NCBI GenBank assembly: GCA_002269645.1 | Contig: NIVC01001976.1 | Location: 152,767-216,766, forward strand | Direction: 5' to 3' | Length of the DNA: 64,000 nucleotides | From: Macrostomum lignano | Taxonomy: Eukaryota | Shown here: positions 12,196 to 24,450 of the stretch, piece by piece | Layout: each line of letters begins with the position of its first letter | Position numbering within the stretch: the stretch's first letter is position 1 | The notes under the pieces: generated by a model | Databases searched by the model: none | What the model was told of the DNA's origin: nothing | What the model saw: only the letters and a program-made list of their open reading frames with translations | Made by a program: the position numbers and the translations under genes

Positions 12196-12375
12196 AGCTC
12201 AGCAGGAGTTCATTGTGCTTCCCATGCTCAATTGTTTGCACAAGTGAAAGTTAGAAAAGCTCAGCAGGAGTTCATTGTGCTTCCCATGCTCAACTGTGTG
12301 CACAAGTGAAAGTTAGAAAAGGTCAGCAGGAGTTCATTGTGCTTCCCATGCTCAACTGTGTGCACAAGTGAAAGT
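12196..12375. repeat. 62-bp tandem repeat, 3 copies (1 copy in unit B)
   Basis: AGCAGGAGTTCATTGTGCTTCCCATGCTCAA... at 12201, 12263, 12325. Confidence 0.9.
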
Positions 12376-12721
12376 TGGAAAAGTTCAGCCGAATGAAGCT
12401 GGTTTGCACTGAGAACGTCTGGTTCTCACGGAAACTGCTGAGACCAGCGCCCCGGATCTGCGACAGCTGCGACTCTGGTGGAGCTGCCGGAGGATGCAGG
12501 ACGGCCGGGTCAGATCAGGCCGTGTTGCCATGGAACTGGCTTGCAGGCGTCCAAACTTTCTCACCAAATAAAATTGCCAGGCCTTCTTGCTATTGCTATT
12601 GAAAGCAAAAACACATTTAGCCACCTGTACTGACCGAAAATAAACCTCTTATAAACTGCCAGCCTTATTCAAATGCAAATCTCACATCTGACACCCAACT
12701 TTTACTCGGACCAGGCAACCC

Positions 12722-13250
12722 CCCTAGCAACCTGATCAGGGATTCCTCTAGCAACCTAATCAGGGATTCCCCTAGCAACCTGATCAGGGATTCCTCTAGC
12801 AACCTGATCAGAGATTCCCCTTGCAACCTGATCTGTGATTCCCTAACAACCTGATCCGGGATTCCCTAACAACCTGATCCGGGATTCCCCTAGCAATCTG
12901 ATCTGGGATTCCCTAGCAACCTGATCTGGGATTCCCTAACAACCTGATCCGGGATTCCCCTAACAACCTGATCTGGGATTCCCTAGCAACCTGATCTGGG
13001 ATTCCCTAACAACCTGATCCGGGATTCCCTAACAACCTGATCCGGGATTCCCCTAGCAATCTGATCCGCGATTCCCCTAGCAACCTGATTAAGGATTCCC
13101 CTAGCAACCTGATCAGGGATCCCCTATTAACCTGATCCGCGACTCTCCTAGCAACGTGATCAAAGATTCCCCAAGCAACCCTATTAGGGATTCCCCAAGC
13201 AACCCTATTAAGGATTCCCCTAGCAACCCGATCAAGGATTCCTCTAGCAA
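12722..13250. repeat. 24-bp minisatellite, ~22 copies
   Basis: CTAGCAACCTGATCAGGGATTCCC; about 14 copies in unit B (38538-38875). Confidence 0.95.
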
Positions 13251-13572
13251 CGCGATCTGCTAATTATAGACATGTTTGATTGGCAGTCAATGAATTTCTC
13301 TAGTATTCGGTTTTCGTGTTCTCGCTCATACACACAATCACACAGGGTGCACAGAGGCCCGGACTGTCTAATCGGCAGGCATGTACACTCTCTGTGGCCT
13401 GGGGGTTGGCGGTACACGAGCTGCAACTCCATCAATATTTAGTCACTACTGACTACTGCTTTTTAAGATTGTTAGTAGTAGGTAAGGAGAATGCTCAGCA
13501 TAATTAACATTTAATAACTTTATATTATGATGCGAGGTGTATTGACAAAAATAATAAAACATCTTCATGCAC

Positions 13573-13646
13573 GGGCGTGGAGGTTCCGCCTCTCCTGCGA
13601 CTCTCCGCCTCGCTTCTCATTCCTTCCCGAGTTCACGCAGACTCTG
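13573..13646 (+). pseudogene. Displaced ~74-bp fragment of cGLR exon 4
   Basis: GGGCGTGGAGGTTCCGCCTCTCCTGCGACTCTCCGCC...GCAGACTCTG matches 8302-8375 with few mismatches; also present in unit B at ~39153-39226. Confidence 0.85.
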
Positions 13647-13927
13647 CTCTCGTGAGATGCTGCTCAGCTGTGGCAAACCCAGACGGTGTCGGCATGTCGA
13701 CCAGGTGAAGCCTTGGCGGTCTAAACGACTAAAGGCTGGGGATTCCAGCTGCGTGTTTGTTGCATCAAGCTCCGGGTTTTCTGATTGGTCGAGCCCGGGA
13801 TGACCAGCTCGACTCTGATTGGCTGAGCTCGAAACTCTGAAATCCTCTCGACCTTTGAGACCCCATTGGACTTGGCAGGTGCGAGCATAAATCATAAAAA
13901 TGGGTAAGGCTAGCCAACAAGATGAAA

Positions 13928-14875
13928 GATAGGTGATCATATATCAACTGTGACAGGTAGGTGATCATATATCTAATTTGACAGGTAGGTGATCATATAT
14001 CAAATGTGACAGGTAGGTGATCATATATCAAATGTGACAGGTAGGTGATCATATATCGACAGATAAGCCACTCAACAAAAGTAGATACCACAGAAACCAT
14101 TGACTCTTATTGACCCCATTGACCCCATTGACCCCATTGACCCCATCGACCTCATTGACCCCGTTGACCCCATCGACCTCATTGACCCCATTGACCCCAT
14201 TGAGCCCCTTTGAGTGAGTCTTCAATGAGTGAGTCACCAATGTGGCCTCAGCTCACAGTCACCAATGAGTGAGTCACCAATCCGGCCTCAACTCACAGTC
14301 ACCAATGAGTGAGTCACAAATCTGGCCTCAGCTCACTCCAGTGCGCCAATTCCAGGCCGCTGCGGGCAGCAGGAAAAGGGCGCCAATGCCAGGCCACAGT
14401 GAAGGGGCAGCAGGAAAAGGGCGCCAATGCCAGGCCGCAATGCAGGGGCAGCAGGAAAAGGGCGCCAATGCCAGGCCGCAATGCAGGGGCAGCAGGAAAA
14501 GGGCGCCAATACCAGGCCGCAATGCAGGGGCAGCAGGAAAAGGGCGCCAATGCCAGGCCGCAGTGCAGGGGCAGCAGGAAAAGGGCGCCAATGCCAGGCC
14601 GCAGTGCAGGGGCAGCAGGAAAAGGGCGCCAATGCCAGGCCGCAGTGCAGGGGCAGCAGGAGAAGGGCGCCAATACCAGGCCGCAATGCAGGGGCAGCAG
14701 GAAAAGGGCGCCAATGCCAGGCCGCAGTGCAGGGGCAGCAGGAAAAGGGCGCCAATGCCAGGCCGCAATGCAGGGGCAGCAGGAAAAGGGCGCCAATGCC
14801 AGGCCGCAGTGCAGGGGCAGCAGGAAAAGGGCGCCAATGCCAGGCCGCAGTGCAGGGGCAGCAGGAGAAGGGCGC
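13928..14875. repeat. Cluster of 28-bp (13928-14056), 9-bp (14108-14205), 40-bp (14225-14335) and 41-bp (14345-14875) tandem repeats
   Basis: Units GACAGGTAGGTGATCATATATCAAATGT; GACCCCATT; GAGTGAGTCACCAATCTGGCCTCAGCTCACAGTCACCAAT; GCGCCAATGCCAGGCCGCAATGCAGGGGCAGCAGGAAAAGG. Confidence 0.93.
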
Positions 14876-17800
14876 AATGGCTGCGGTGCAGAGGCTGCAT
14901 TTGAGCGCCGGTCCTCAGCGGCTGTCCTGGCGGGGTCGCCAGAAGGGCAGCTCAAAACTTCAGTGCTTCCTCAGCTCAGCCCAGTGGATTCGCCCCTGCT
15001 GCAAAATGGCTGAGTGCCGCACTGCTCAAACTCAAACTGCTGCAGGATGGTGGAAGCAAGAGGAGAGCAAATGCTGTGTGTGGCAGGTGGGCGAGCGGTC
15101 AGCCCTGGCAACACGGGAGACATAGGAGCGGTCAGAACAAAAAAGTGTTCTGCATCACAAATTTTCATGGTTGGGTTTTATAACATAGTGAAAATATTTT
15201 CTTTGAAACTTCCCCTACCATAAACACTGAGCTCGTGCTCAGTTTCCACTGAAACTCAGTTGTGTTATGTAGTATTGTGAGCAGACAGTCAGCTGCCTCC
15301 GCCAATATTTACAAGCTGCTCTTTGGAAACGAACCGGCCTGGGCCGCCTAAGCCTTCCACGTCTGCTGCGCTCCCCGCGGCCAGCTTATCCATTGTTTTG
15401 GGGTGGACCAGAGGTTCCGCTTTCCAATGTGCGTTTCAGCCCCACTTCTGCCAGTACGCAGCCAAGTTCTACTCAATTGTCTGAGGGTAGGGATTACCTG
15501 CAGTTGCCCTGTCAGCCATCCGGATGTACGGGAATGAATTTCTGTGACGGCTGCGTAAGCTCCGTTTCCCTCCCGGCCTTCCCTCCAGCTCTCCCCTGCA
15601 TTGTTTGGTCTTCCTACCTCTGACCCTCTGTCTCTTCATTTCATCTCAAGTACCGTGTTTGCTTGCTGCAGAGCCTCCTGTCTGCTTTTGCAAGTTCCGC
15701 CTTCTCTGCAAACTGCGAGTCTCTGCCTGCCGCTCCATCTGCAGATTGACGAGTTCAAAATCATAACTGGCAATCGGTGAGTCCTTCTCTGCCCTGCTTC
15801 AGTCTGCTGGGCTGGCATTGAAGTGAGCTGTCAGTTAGGCTTGCGATTAGGCTGGGAAAATGTGCTGACGCCCCCGGCGCTAACGAAGCCGTCACAGCCT
15901 CACAGTCACTTCAATATGGGGCCGGATGATTAGCAGAAGCTGACTGACCATCTCACATTCTTACAGATAACTGATAACCCAATTAACTGTTTAAATTGGT
16001 GCCACTTGAAACAACAGCGATTATAACAAAGGATAATAATAATTAGAGACACGCAGACGATATACTACTGCCAGTAGGGTGAGGCGTCACTTTGAACAGC
16101 CGGTCAGGTCGCTTGTAAATATGAATAAAAAACAGAGCTGGCAGTGGGAGAAGCCCGGACCGGTGCGGCAGGCTTTGAGACTCGCCGCACAGCAGGGGGC
16201 CGGCAGGTTGCATTTCTAACAGGCAACAGCACACTGTAACACCCTGATTCTGTGATATTGTGCATGACTGTCGATTTGTCGACGGTATTGTCTGTGTCTG
16301 CTGTCTACAACTGGATGATATTGTATTTTTCGAGCCATTAAATTTCTTCTCAGTCCTCAAAACGAGGACTCAGAAACGATAGGTTGAGGACTCAGAAAGA
16401 AACGATTTTAGGACTTAAACGATTCAATCGTCTCATACGAGTAGAAGCAAGATGAATACAAATGTGCAACAACGAGGCAAAAAGTAGTTAAAAGTGGAAA
16501 ACAATTGTCCAAAAGTTCATCACATTAAGAGCGTATTAACTCTGTAAATGTAGACAGTCACTCCCATGCAACAGCTGAATTAAAGCATTGCACTTGCTCC
16601 CATCCTGTTTGCGCTTTTCGAAAAAGAATCGCCTCAGAAGATATTTCCAACTGCCTCGACTCGGTTCTTCAATCGGTTTGGAGACAAGTGCTTTGGTTTC
16701 ACCTTGCTAATCTGTGCAATCTCATGAGGTCACACAAATTGTTAAGATGAGGAGCCAGCACTGAATGTATGACTCTGACTGACTCTCTATGCTAGTCTGG
16801 CCAAAATGAGATGGCCATATGCGTTTCCAACCCTCTTCTCCTGCCAATGCGCTGTCAAATTGTACTCATTGGTGTGCGGGCAGGGCCTTCTTTCCTGTGC
16901 TCTGTGCTTGCACCATCAGCCCTCCTGTCGTGCGGGAATGACTTTCTGTGACGGCTTTGTACGCTCGTTTCGACAAGCGCTCACTCTGCTGTGCATTTCT
17001 GTGCTTTGCTTGACTTTTGGCTTGCCATTCTCTTCCAGATTGCTTTCCAACCAGCGTTCAATACCTCTGTAGCAGCCCACCATAATTTATTTGGTCTCTT
17101 ATTTTTCCACAAGTACCGTGTTTGGTTATTGCAGAGCGCCCTTTCTGCTTTTGAGAGTTGTGCTTTCTCTGCGAGTCTCTGCTGCCAGAAGCCTTGCGAG
17201 TTCAGAACTGGCCATCGGTGAGTCCTGCACTGCCCTGCTGCAGTCTGCTGTGTTGGCGTTGGAGTAAGCTGTCGATTTCCCACTCACTGAATCCTTTACT
17301 CTAAATTCACAGACTGGCTTCTCCTTCTGTTCTCCCTCCTTCTTCCCCTCTTCTTTCCCCTGTTTTTCTCGCTCCCCTCTTTTTCCCTCGAGTTCAGGTT
17401 TACTCTGGGCTGAGACCTGACCACTGTGACTACTTACACTGCTCAGTAGGAGAGATTTTAAGATCTCAGACTGCACTGAGGCCCAATGGGTCAGCTCAGC
17501 CTCATCAAGTACAGCTTGGCGTGGCCGCTGCAACCGCAGACTCTCCGTTGCCATGCTGGGTGCACAGAGGCGAAGGCGGCGACTCAGCGCTCATGCTCGG
17601 GAGAGAAGTTTCGGCTGCTCAGGCCGGGGTGGTCGGCCTCGCATGAGACTACAGAGTGTGGGCAGCTGAGAGACTTTGGCAACCTGCTGCACAAACGTTT
17701 GAAATGCATGCCTCTCTGACTGCAGCCGTGACTGACATCTGCCACTCTGACAACATCTAGGAATCATTAGGTATTCCCTTCACAAGTCTTCAAAATCACG

Positions 17801-17917
17801 ACGCCACCCTTTTTCTCTCTGACCGTTTCTCTAAATCCATTAAAGTACTCGTAAAAAACCAGGAGAAAACTATTTACGTACCTTCTAGATGAAGCACGCA
17901 CCAGCGCACCAAGCGAA

Positions 17918-20875
17918 ATGAGCCAACAAATCAGTGCCGATGAGGCCGCCAAGACAGGAAATATCCAGGCACTCAAACATCATCTGGACCTTCAGAGAGA
18001 AACAAACAGGATATATCTTTTTTGCAAAAGCTATTCTAAACTTGCCGCAAGAAAGGGTCAGTTAGACGTGGTCAAGTTTCTCGTGTCTAAAGTCACTGAC
18101 CAAACAAACAGAGATCAGTGCTGCATCGAGGCTGCAGAATCTGCTGCATACAATGATCAGTGGAAAGTCATCAAGTTTCTCGTGCCTGAAGTCGCTGACC
18201 AAACAAAAAGAGATCAGTGCTGCATCGAGGCTGCCACATCTGCTGCATACAATGGTCAGTTAGAAGTGGTCAAGTTTCTCGTGCCGAAAGTCGCTGACCA
18301 AACAAAAAGAGATCAGTGCTGCATCAAGGCTGCCAAATCTGCTGCATACAATAGTCAGTTAGAACTGGTCAAGTTTCTCGTGCCGAAAGTCGCTGACCAA
18401 ACAAAAAGAGATCAGTGCTGCATCGAGGCTGCCAAATCTGCTGCAGTCGAGGGTCACTTAGAAGTCGTCAAGTTTCTCGTGCCGACAGTCGCTGACCCAA
18501 CAAAAAGAGATCAGTGCTGCATCGAGGCTGCAGAATCTGCTGCTGACAATGATCAGTGGGGAGTCGTCAAGTTTCTCGTGCCGACAGTCGCTGACCAAAC
18601 AAAAAGAGATCAGTGCTGCATCGAAGCTGCCACATCTGCTGCATACAATGATCACTGGGAAGTCGTTAAGTTTCTCGTGTGGATAGTCGCTGACCAGACA
18701 AAAAGAGATCAGTGCTGCATCGAGGCTGCCAAATCTGCTGCATACAATGGTCAGTTAAAAGTGGTCAAGTTTCTCGTGCCGAAAGTCGCTGACCAAACAA
18801 AAAGAGATCAGTGCTGCATCGAGGCTGCCAAATCTGCTGCAGTCGAGGGTCACTTAGAAGTCGTCAAGTTTCTCGTGCCGACAGTCGCTGACCCAACAAA
18901 AAGAGATCAGTGCTGCATCGAGGCTGCAGAATCTGCTGCTGACAATGATCAGTGGGAGTCGTCAAGTTTCTCGTGCGACAGTCGCTGACCAAACAAAAAG
19001 AGATCAGTGCTGCATCGAAGCTGCCACATCTGCTGCATACAATGATCACTGGGAAGTCGTTAAGTTTCTCGTGTGGATAGTCGCTGACCAGACAAAAAGA
19101 GATCAGTGCTGCATCGAGGCTGCCAAATCTGCTGCATACAATGGTCAGTTAAAAGTGGTCAAGTTTCTCGTGCCGAAAGTCGCTGACCAAACAAAAAGAG
19201 ATCAGTGCTGCATCAAGGCTGCAATATCTGCTGCAGTCAAGGGTCACTTAGAAGTCGTCAAGTTTCTCGTAGCGATAGTCGCTAACCAGACAAAAAGAGA
19301 TCAGTGCTGCATCGAGGCTGCAAAATCTGCTGCATACAATGGTCAGTTAGAAGTGGTCAAGTTTCTCGTGCCGAAAGTCGCTGACCAAACAAAAAGAGAT
19401 CAGTGCTGCATCAAGGCTGCAATATCTGCTGCAGTCAAGGGTCACTTAGAAGTCGTCAAGTTTCTCGTGGCGATAGTCGCTGACCAAACAAAAAGAGATC
19501 AGTGCTGCATCGAGGCTGCAGAATGTGCTGCATACAATGGTCAGTTAGAAGTGGTCAAGTTTCTCGTGCCGAAAGTCGCTGACCAAACAAAGAGAGATCA
19601 GTGCTGCACCGAGGCTGCAAAATGTGCTGCATACAATGGTCACTTAGAAGTCGTCAAGTTTCTCGTGCCGAAAGTCGCTGACCAAACAAAAAGAGATCAG
19701 TGCTGCATCAAGGCTGCCAAATCTGCTGCAAGAAATGGTCAGTGGGAATTCGTTAAGTTTCTCGTGCCGACAGTCGCTGACCAAACAAAAAGAGATCAGT
19801 GCTGCATCGAGGCTGCCAAATCTGCTGCATACAATAGTCAGTTAGAACTGGTCAAGTTTCTCGTGCCGAAAGTCGCTGACCAAACAAAAAGAGATCAGTG
19901 CTGCATCGAGGCTGCCAAATCTGCTGCAGTCGAGGGTCACTTAGAAGTCGTCAAGTTTCTCGTGCCGACAGTCGCTGACCCAACAAAAAGAGATCAGTGC
20001 TGCATCGAGGCTGCAGAATCTGCTGCTGACAATGATCAGTGGGGAGTCGTTAAGTTTCTCGTGCCGACAGTCGCTGACCAAACAAAAAGAGATCAGTGCT
20101 GCATCAAGGCTGCCAAATCTGCTGCTGACAATTATAAGTGGGAAGTCGTTAAGTTTCTCGTGCCGATAGTCGCTGACCTGACAAAAAGAGATCAGTGCTG
20201 CATCGAGGCTGCCAAAACTGCTGCAAGCGAGGGTCAGTGGGAAGTCGTCAAGTTACTCATCTTGTGTCTCTCAAGTTCGGATAAGAGAGCGAATCTCCGT
20301 TTCCAATACGCAGTCCCGGCTTGCTCTCGTCTCCGCGAAGATGTCGTTGCCTCCCTCGGCCTTGAGCCCGACTGGCTCTTCCAATCCAGCACCATCCTCA
20401 GCTTTACTGCAGCAATGGCCATCGAAGGCAGGAACTCTGTTCTCAACGACACACTCTCTCGTATGCAGCCAGCTCACATCACACAGCTGCTCCGTCTCTC
20501 CATCTCTCAAAGACACGTCGCACATGCTGTCGCAATTGCTGTCACACTGATCAATGATGAGCGAGTCAGCACACAGCATGTCGATCTGCCAGACAGCACT
20601 GGAGCCACTGCTCTCATGCTGGCAGCTGATGCAGGTCATCACGAGCTCATTGAGAAACTCATCGATCTCGGTGCGTCAGTGTGTGCTGAAGACAGTCAGG
20701 GTCGGACTGCTCTGTCACGAGCGTGCGAAGCCGGTCACGTGCGAGCAGCCAAGGCTCTGAAGGACGGAGGAGCGGATGCGAGTCATCGAGACGGTCAGGG
20801 TCAGACGTGTGCGCAGGTGGCAGAGCGATTCGAGCGGTGGCAGGTGCTGCGGCTGCTGGATCCCATTGGAGCGGG
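17918..20875 (+). CDS. Gene 2 exon 1: 22 variable 33-aa ankyrin-like repeats plus ~3 canonical ankyrin repeats
   Basis: Unit ADQTKRDQCCIEAAKSAAYNGQLEVVKFLVPKV (99 bp). Canonical C-terminal repeats GATALMLAADAGHHELIEKLI and GRTALSRACEAGHVRAAKAL. Phase-2 donor GG|GTGAGT (intron starts 20876). Two 1-bp deletions near 18955-18977 split the ORF. Coding sequence upstream of 17918 is possible (acceptor CTTCTAG at 17888). Confidence 0.85.
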
Positions 20876-21631
20876 GTGAGTGTTGGTCTAGGCAAAACTG
20901 AGCCAGGTCATGTTTGCATGCGAAGAAGACTACGATTGAACAGAACCATGCTCACTGGCAAGCGCAAATGTACAAACTGTTAGGGGTAAAACGATAGCGC
21001 GCAAGAATGACCAGTCACGGGAGGGAGAGAGAGAGAAAGTGACAGTGAAACAACGTGAAAACTAAGGTACAACTCGAACAGTGAGTGAGGCGGGAATTTT
21101 GCGAACATCTTTTCATGATATTATCATTTTTTTAAGCTAAGCACAAGCAATCTGGAGCCCCCCTACGGGGTGCACACATGGACAATTCCTTCTTCTGTTT
21201 TATAAATCACCTTATTCGAGTAAAATTGTCACGGACAAAGATGTTTCCTAAGAATCTCTATTTTGTGAAAGTAACAAAAATGCGAAAAATTACAACAAAA
21301 TAACACAACAAAGATAACACGCATTTGTCTTAATAGAATGAATAACTCAGACCGCAAGCATCCCCCAAATAGCAAGCATCCTCCGGTAGCATGCACCCCC
21401 TCCCTAGATAGCAAGTACCCCCCAGATGGAGAGCAACCCAGACACGAAGCATCCTACCCCCCCCCCCCCCAAGATGATAGAAAGCAACCCAGACAGCAAG
21501 CAATCCTACCCTCCCCCCCCCAAGATACAAAGCATACGCCCCAGCAAGCACCCCCAAACAATAGCAAGCACCCCCAAAATACAATCTCAAGTATCCCCCA
21601 GATAGCATACCCCAAGATGGCAAGATTCTTA

Positions 21632-22517
21632 GCAATAATCCTTGGTTTATCAAGTGCAGTAATCCTTGGTTCATCAAGTGCAGTAATTCTTGGTTCATCA
21701 AGTGCAGTAATTCTTGGTTTATCAAGTGCAGTAATCCTTGGTTTATCAAGTGCAGTTCCTTGGTTTATCAAGTGCAATAATCCTTGTTTCATCAAGTGCA
21801 GTAATCCTTGGTTCATCAAGTGCAGTAATCCTTGGTTTATCAAGTGCAGTAATCCTTGGTTTATCAAGTGCAATAATCCTTGGTTTATCAAGTGCATTAA
21901 TCCTTGGTTTATCAAGTGCAGTAATCCTTGGTTTATCAAGTGCAATAATCCTTGGTTTATCAAGTGCAATAATCCTTGGTTTATCAAGTGCAGTAATCCT
22001 TGGTTTATCAAGTGCAGTAATCCTTGTTTCATCAAGTGCAGTAATCCTTGGTTCATCAAGTGCAGTAATCCTTGGTTTATCAAGTGCAATAATCCTTGGT
22101 TCATCAAGTGCAGTAATCCTTTGTTTATCAAGTGCAGTAATCCTTTGTTCATCAAGTGCAGTAATCCTTGTTTCATCAAGTGCAGTAATCCTTGGTTCAT
22201 CAAGTGCAGTAATCCTTGGTTTATCAAGTGCAGTAATCCTTGTTTCATCAAGTGCAGTAATCCTTGGTTCATCAAGTGCAGTAATCCTTGGTTTATCAAG
22301 TGCAGTAATCCTTGTTTCATCAAGTGCAGTAATCCTTGGTTCATCAAGTGCAGTAATCCTTGGTTTATCAAGTGCAGTAATCCTTGGTTTATCAAGTGCA
22401 ATAATCCTTGGTTTATCAAGTGCAGTAATCCTTGGTTTATCAAGTGCAGTAATCCTTGGTTCATCAAGTGCAGTAATCCTCGGTTTATCAAGTGCAGTAA
22501 TCCTTGGTTTAGCAAGT
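21632..22517. repeat. 24-bp satellite, ~37 copies (intron 1 of gene 2)
   Basis: ATCAAGTGCAGTAATCCTTGGTTY. Confidence 0.97.
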
Positions 22518-23716
22518 TGATGTAACCACGTTTTGATCGCGGGGTCATGTCAGGAAATTTTCGAAATGTCCCCGATCCCCTTTGACCCACTGGGCAGAGC
22601 TGTCGAGACTGGACCGGGTGCCTGACCAGGCGCAATGACTCCCGCTCTGTAGCGACCCCCTGCTGTCTCTGTTCCGTCTCCCACTCAGACACACTTGCCC
22701 TTCCGGAGCCCCCTGTTTGTGCACCTCGTCTGCCTCCCCATTTCTCATGCGCCACACCCCATGCATCATGTACTTCTCATGTTTCCCATCTTTTTGTCAA
22801 CGTTATAGCACGGTTTTCTTGCGCTGTCCCTTCTTCATCCCGTGCCTACTTAGAGTATTGCTTGTGCTCCTCGTCACCCTATCTCCTTTTAGAATCCCAA
22901 ATGGTGACGCAAGGCTCGTGATCCCTCCTTCACCCCGATGACTCGATCATCACCCTCCTCTTTCGCAGCCTTTTCTCATGCTACGAGTATTATTCTCTTA
23001 TCAAAATTTCTCATGCGACACCCACCCCTCCTCCGCCTCTATTATTCTCTTTTACTATTTTTTGTTCTCCTTTGTGCACATAATTATCACATTTTTCCAG
23101 ATTTTCTCGTTTTTTTGTTCTCGTTTTCGCACCCAATTGGCATCCCTCTCTCGATTTTTGCTCTGCTATTGTTCTCGGTTCTCCCCAATTATCCCCGTTT
23201 TCCATTTCCTTTGATCTCGTTCTGGATCCCATTGTTCTTATTTGCTTACGCAACACTTCTTCGGCTCCCCGCTGTGCTCATTTTCCCCCACCCCTCCTCC
23301 AAATTGCGCAATTCTCCCATTTCTCATGTTGCTATGCCGTTGTCATACTTCTCATCATGACTCATTGACGCCATTTTCCCGGCAGCCAATCAGAGAGAGG
23401 GAGTCTTGGAAACGAGCTTGGAGCGGCCGCTGTGAGGACTATTTAAAGAAGTGATTTTCGGCTTGATAGCCTCCAGAAGTCTTTCTTTCCTTCCTTCGGA
23501 TGGTTGCCTTTGGCCTTTGCTACGGCTAACGCCTAGGGCTTGTACCTTCGGTCCTACCTTTGGACTCGTTTCGTCTATAAGACGAACCTATGCCTGCCCG
23601 CGGTCCAGCATGCTCAGCATCACCTGAGCTTCATCAGCGCCTCGTCGCTTCAGCGCATCGCCACTTCACTACCTGCCTGTCTGCAGTCAACAGCCGCCCT
23701 CGGTCACTCCATCGCC

Positions 23717-23758
<42 letters not shown>

Positions 23759-24450
23759 AGCTGCCGGTGAGTTCCTGTACTGATACTCTAATCGACCTTG
23801 CTTATCCGGGGTTTGCTTATTTCCCATTGCTTGATTAGAGAACTGAGCCATTTGTGTACCGTACTTTGCTGCATTTTACTCAATAGTGAAGCCGCCGAAT
23901 CGCCTGCTTATTTCGCCTAAGGGCCTAATTATTAAAAATTACTAAACTCCTCCTTATTCACTCTTTCACCACCATTTCACTCATGAGTTGCTGAGCCTTT
24001 CTCCCTGGGTGACAAAGCATAAGGAAGTTTGGGTAAGCTAATGGCCTCTCCCTGTGCAAACCCCGCCTGTGAGTGCGTGCTGCGGGTCCGTGTGTGCGTG
24101 CAGTAGAGGGAATTAGCGAGTTGTGGCACAGAATGGCAGCAGGAAGGTTGCAACCCCATGCTGACGCGTCCCTTCGCCCTGAGCAATCTGAACTTTAGCT
24201 AGCACATGTTCACCTCACACTACTCTTAGTAATTGAAGCCGCAAGTCCGCCTCATTCACAGCCACAAAGGATCCCCTGCTGAGAAATCCTCCAGGTTGAT
24301 CCCAGAATACCCGATTGTGCCCAAAGCAGAGTCCTTTTTGGGCGGGACAGTCTGGAGCTGGAGGTCCTTCAGGTAATTGCCCGGTCATAGGCAGCCTACG
24401 GTCATTGCTCCTCCCTGCGAAGCGGACGGCCATCAAGGGCGGTTACATCA
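22518..24450 (+). mobile_element. Solo-LTR-like element family A (1,933 bp)
   Basis: TGATGTAACC...GGTTACATCA termini. Flanks AAGT/AATT; the orthologous copy at 50906 has a perfect AAGT TSD. Internal CCAAT and TATA-like box, and (CT)n. Orientation is arbitrary. Confidence 0.8.

Noticed and set aside
14269-15125. Overlapping ORFs on both strands (QGQQEKGANARPQC...); likewise 40341-41090
   Set aside because: Products of the 41-bp repeat, whose length is not a multiple of 3, so all frames cycle through the same peptide.
21330-22755. Long ORFs with 8-aa repeats (FIKCSNPW, LLHLINQG, ILGLSSAV); likewise 49066-50913
   Set aside because: Translations of a 24-bp satellite that is stop-free in several frames; copy number differs between units and it is interrupted by mobile elements.
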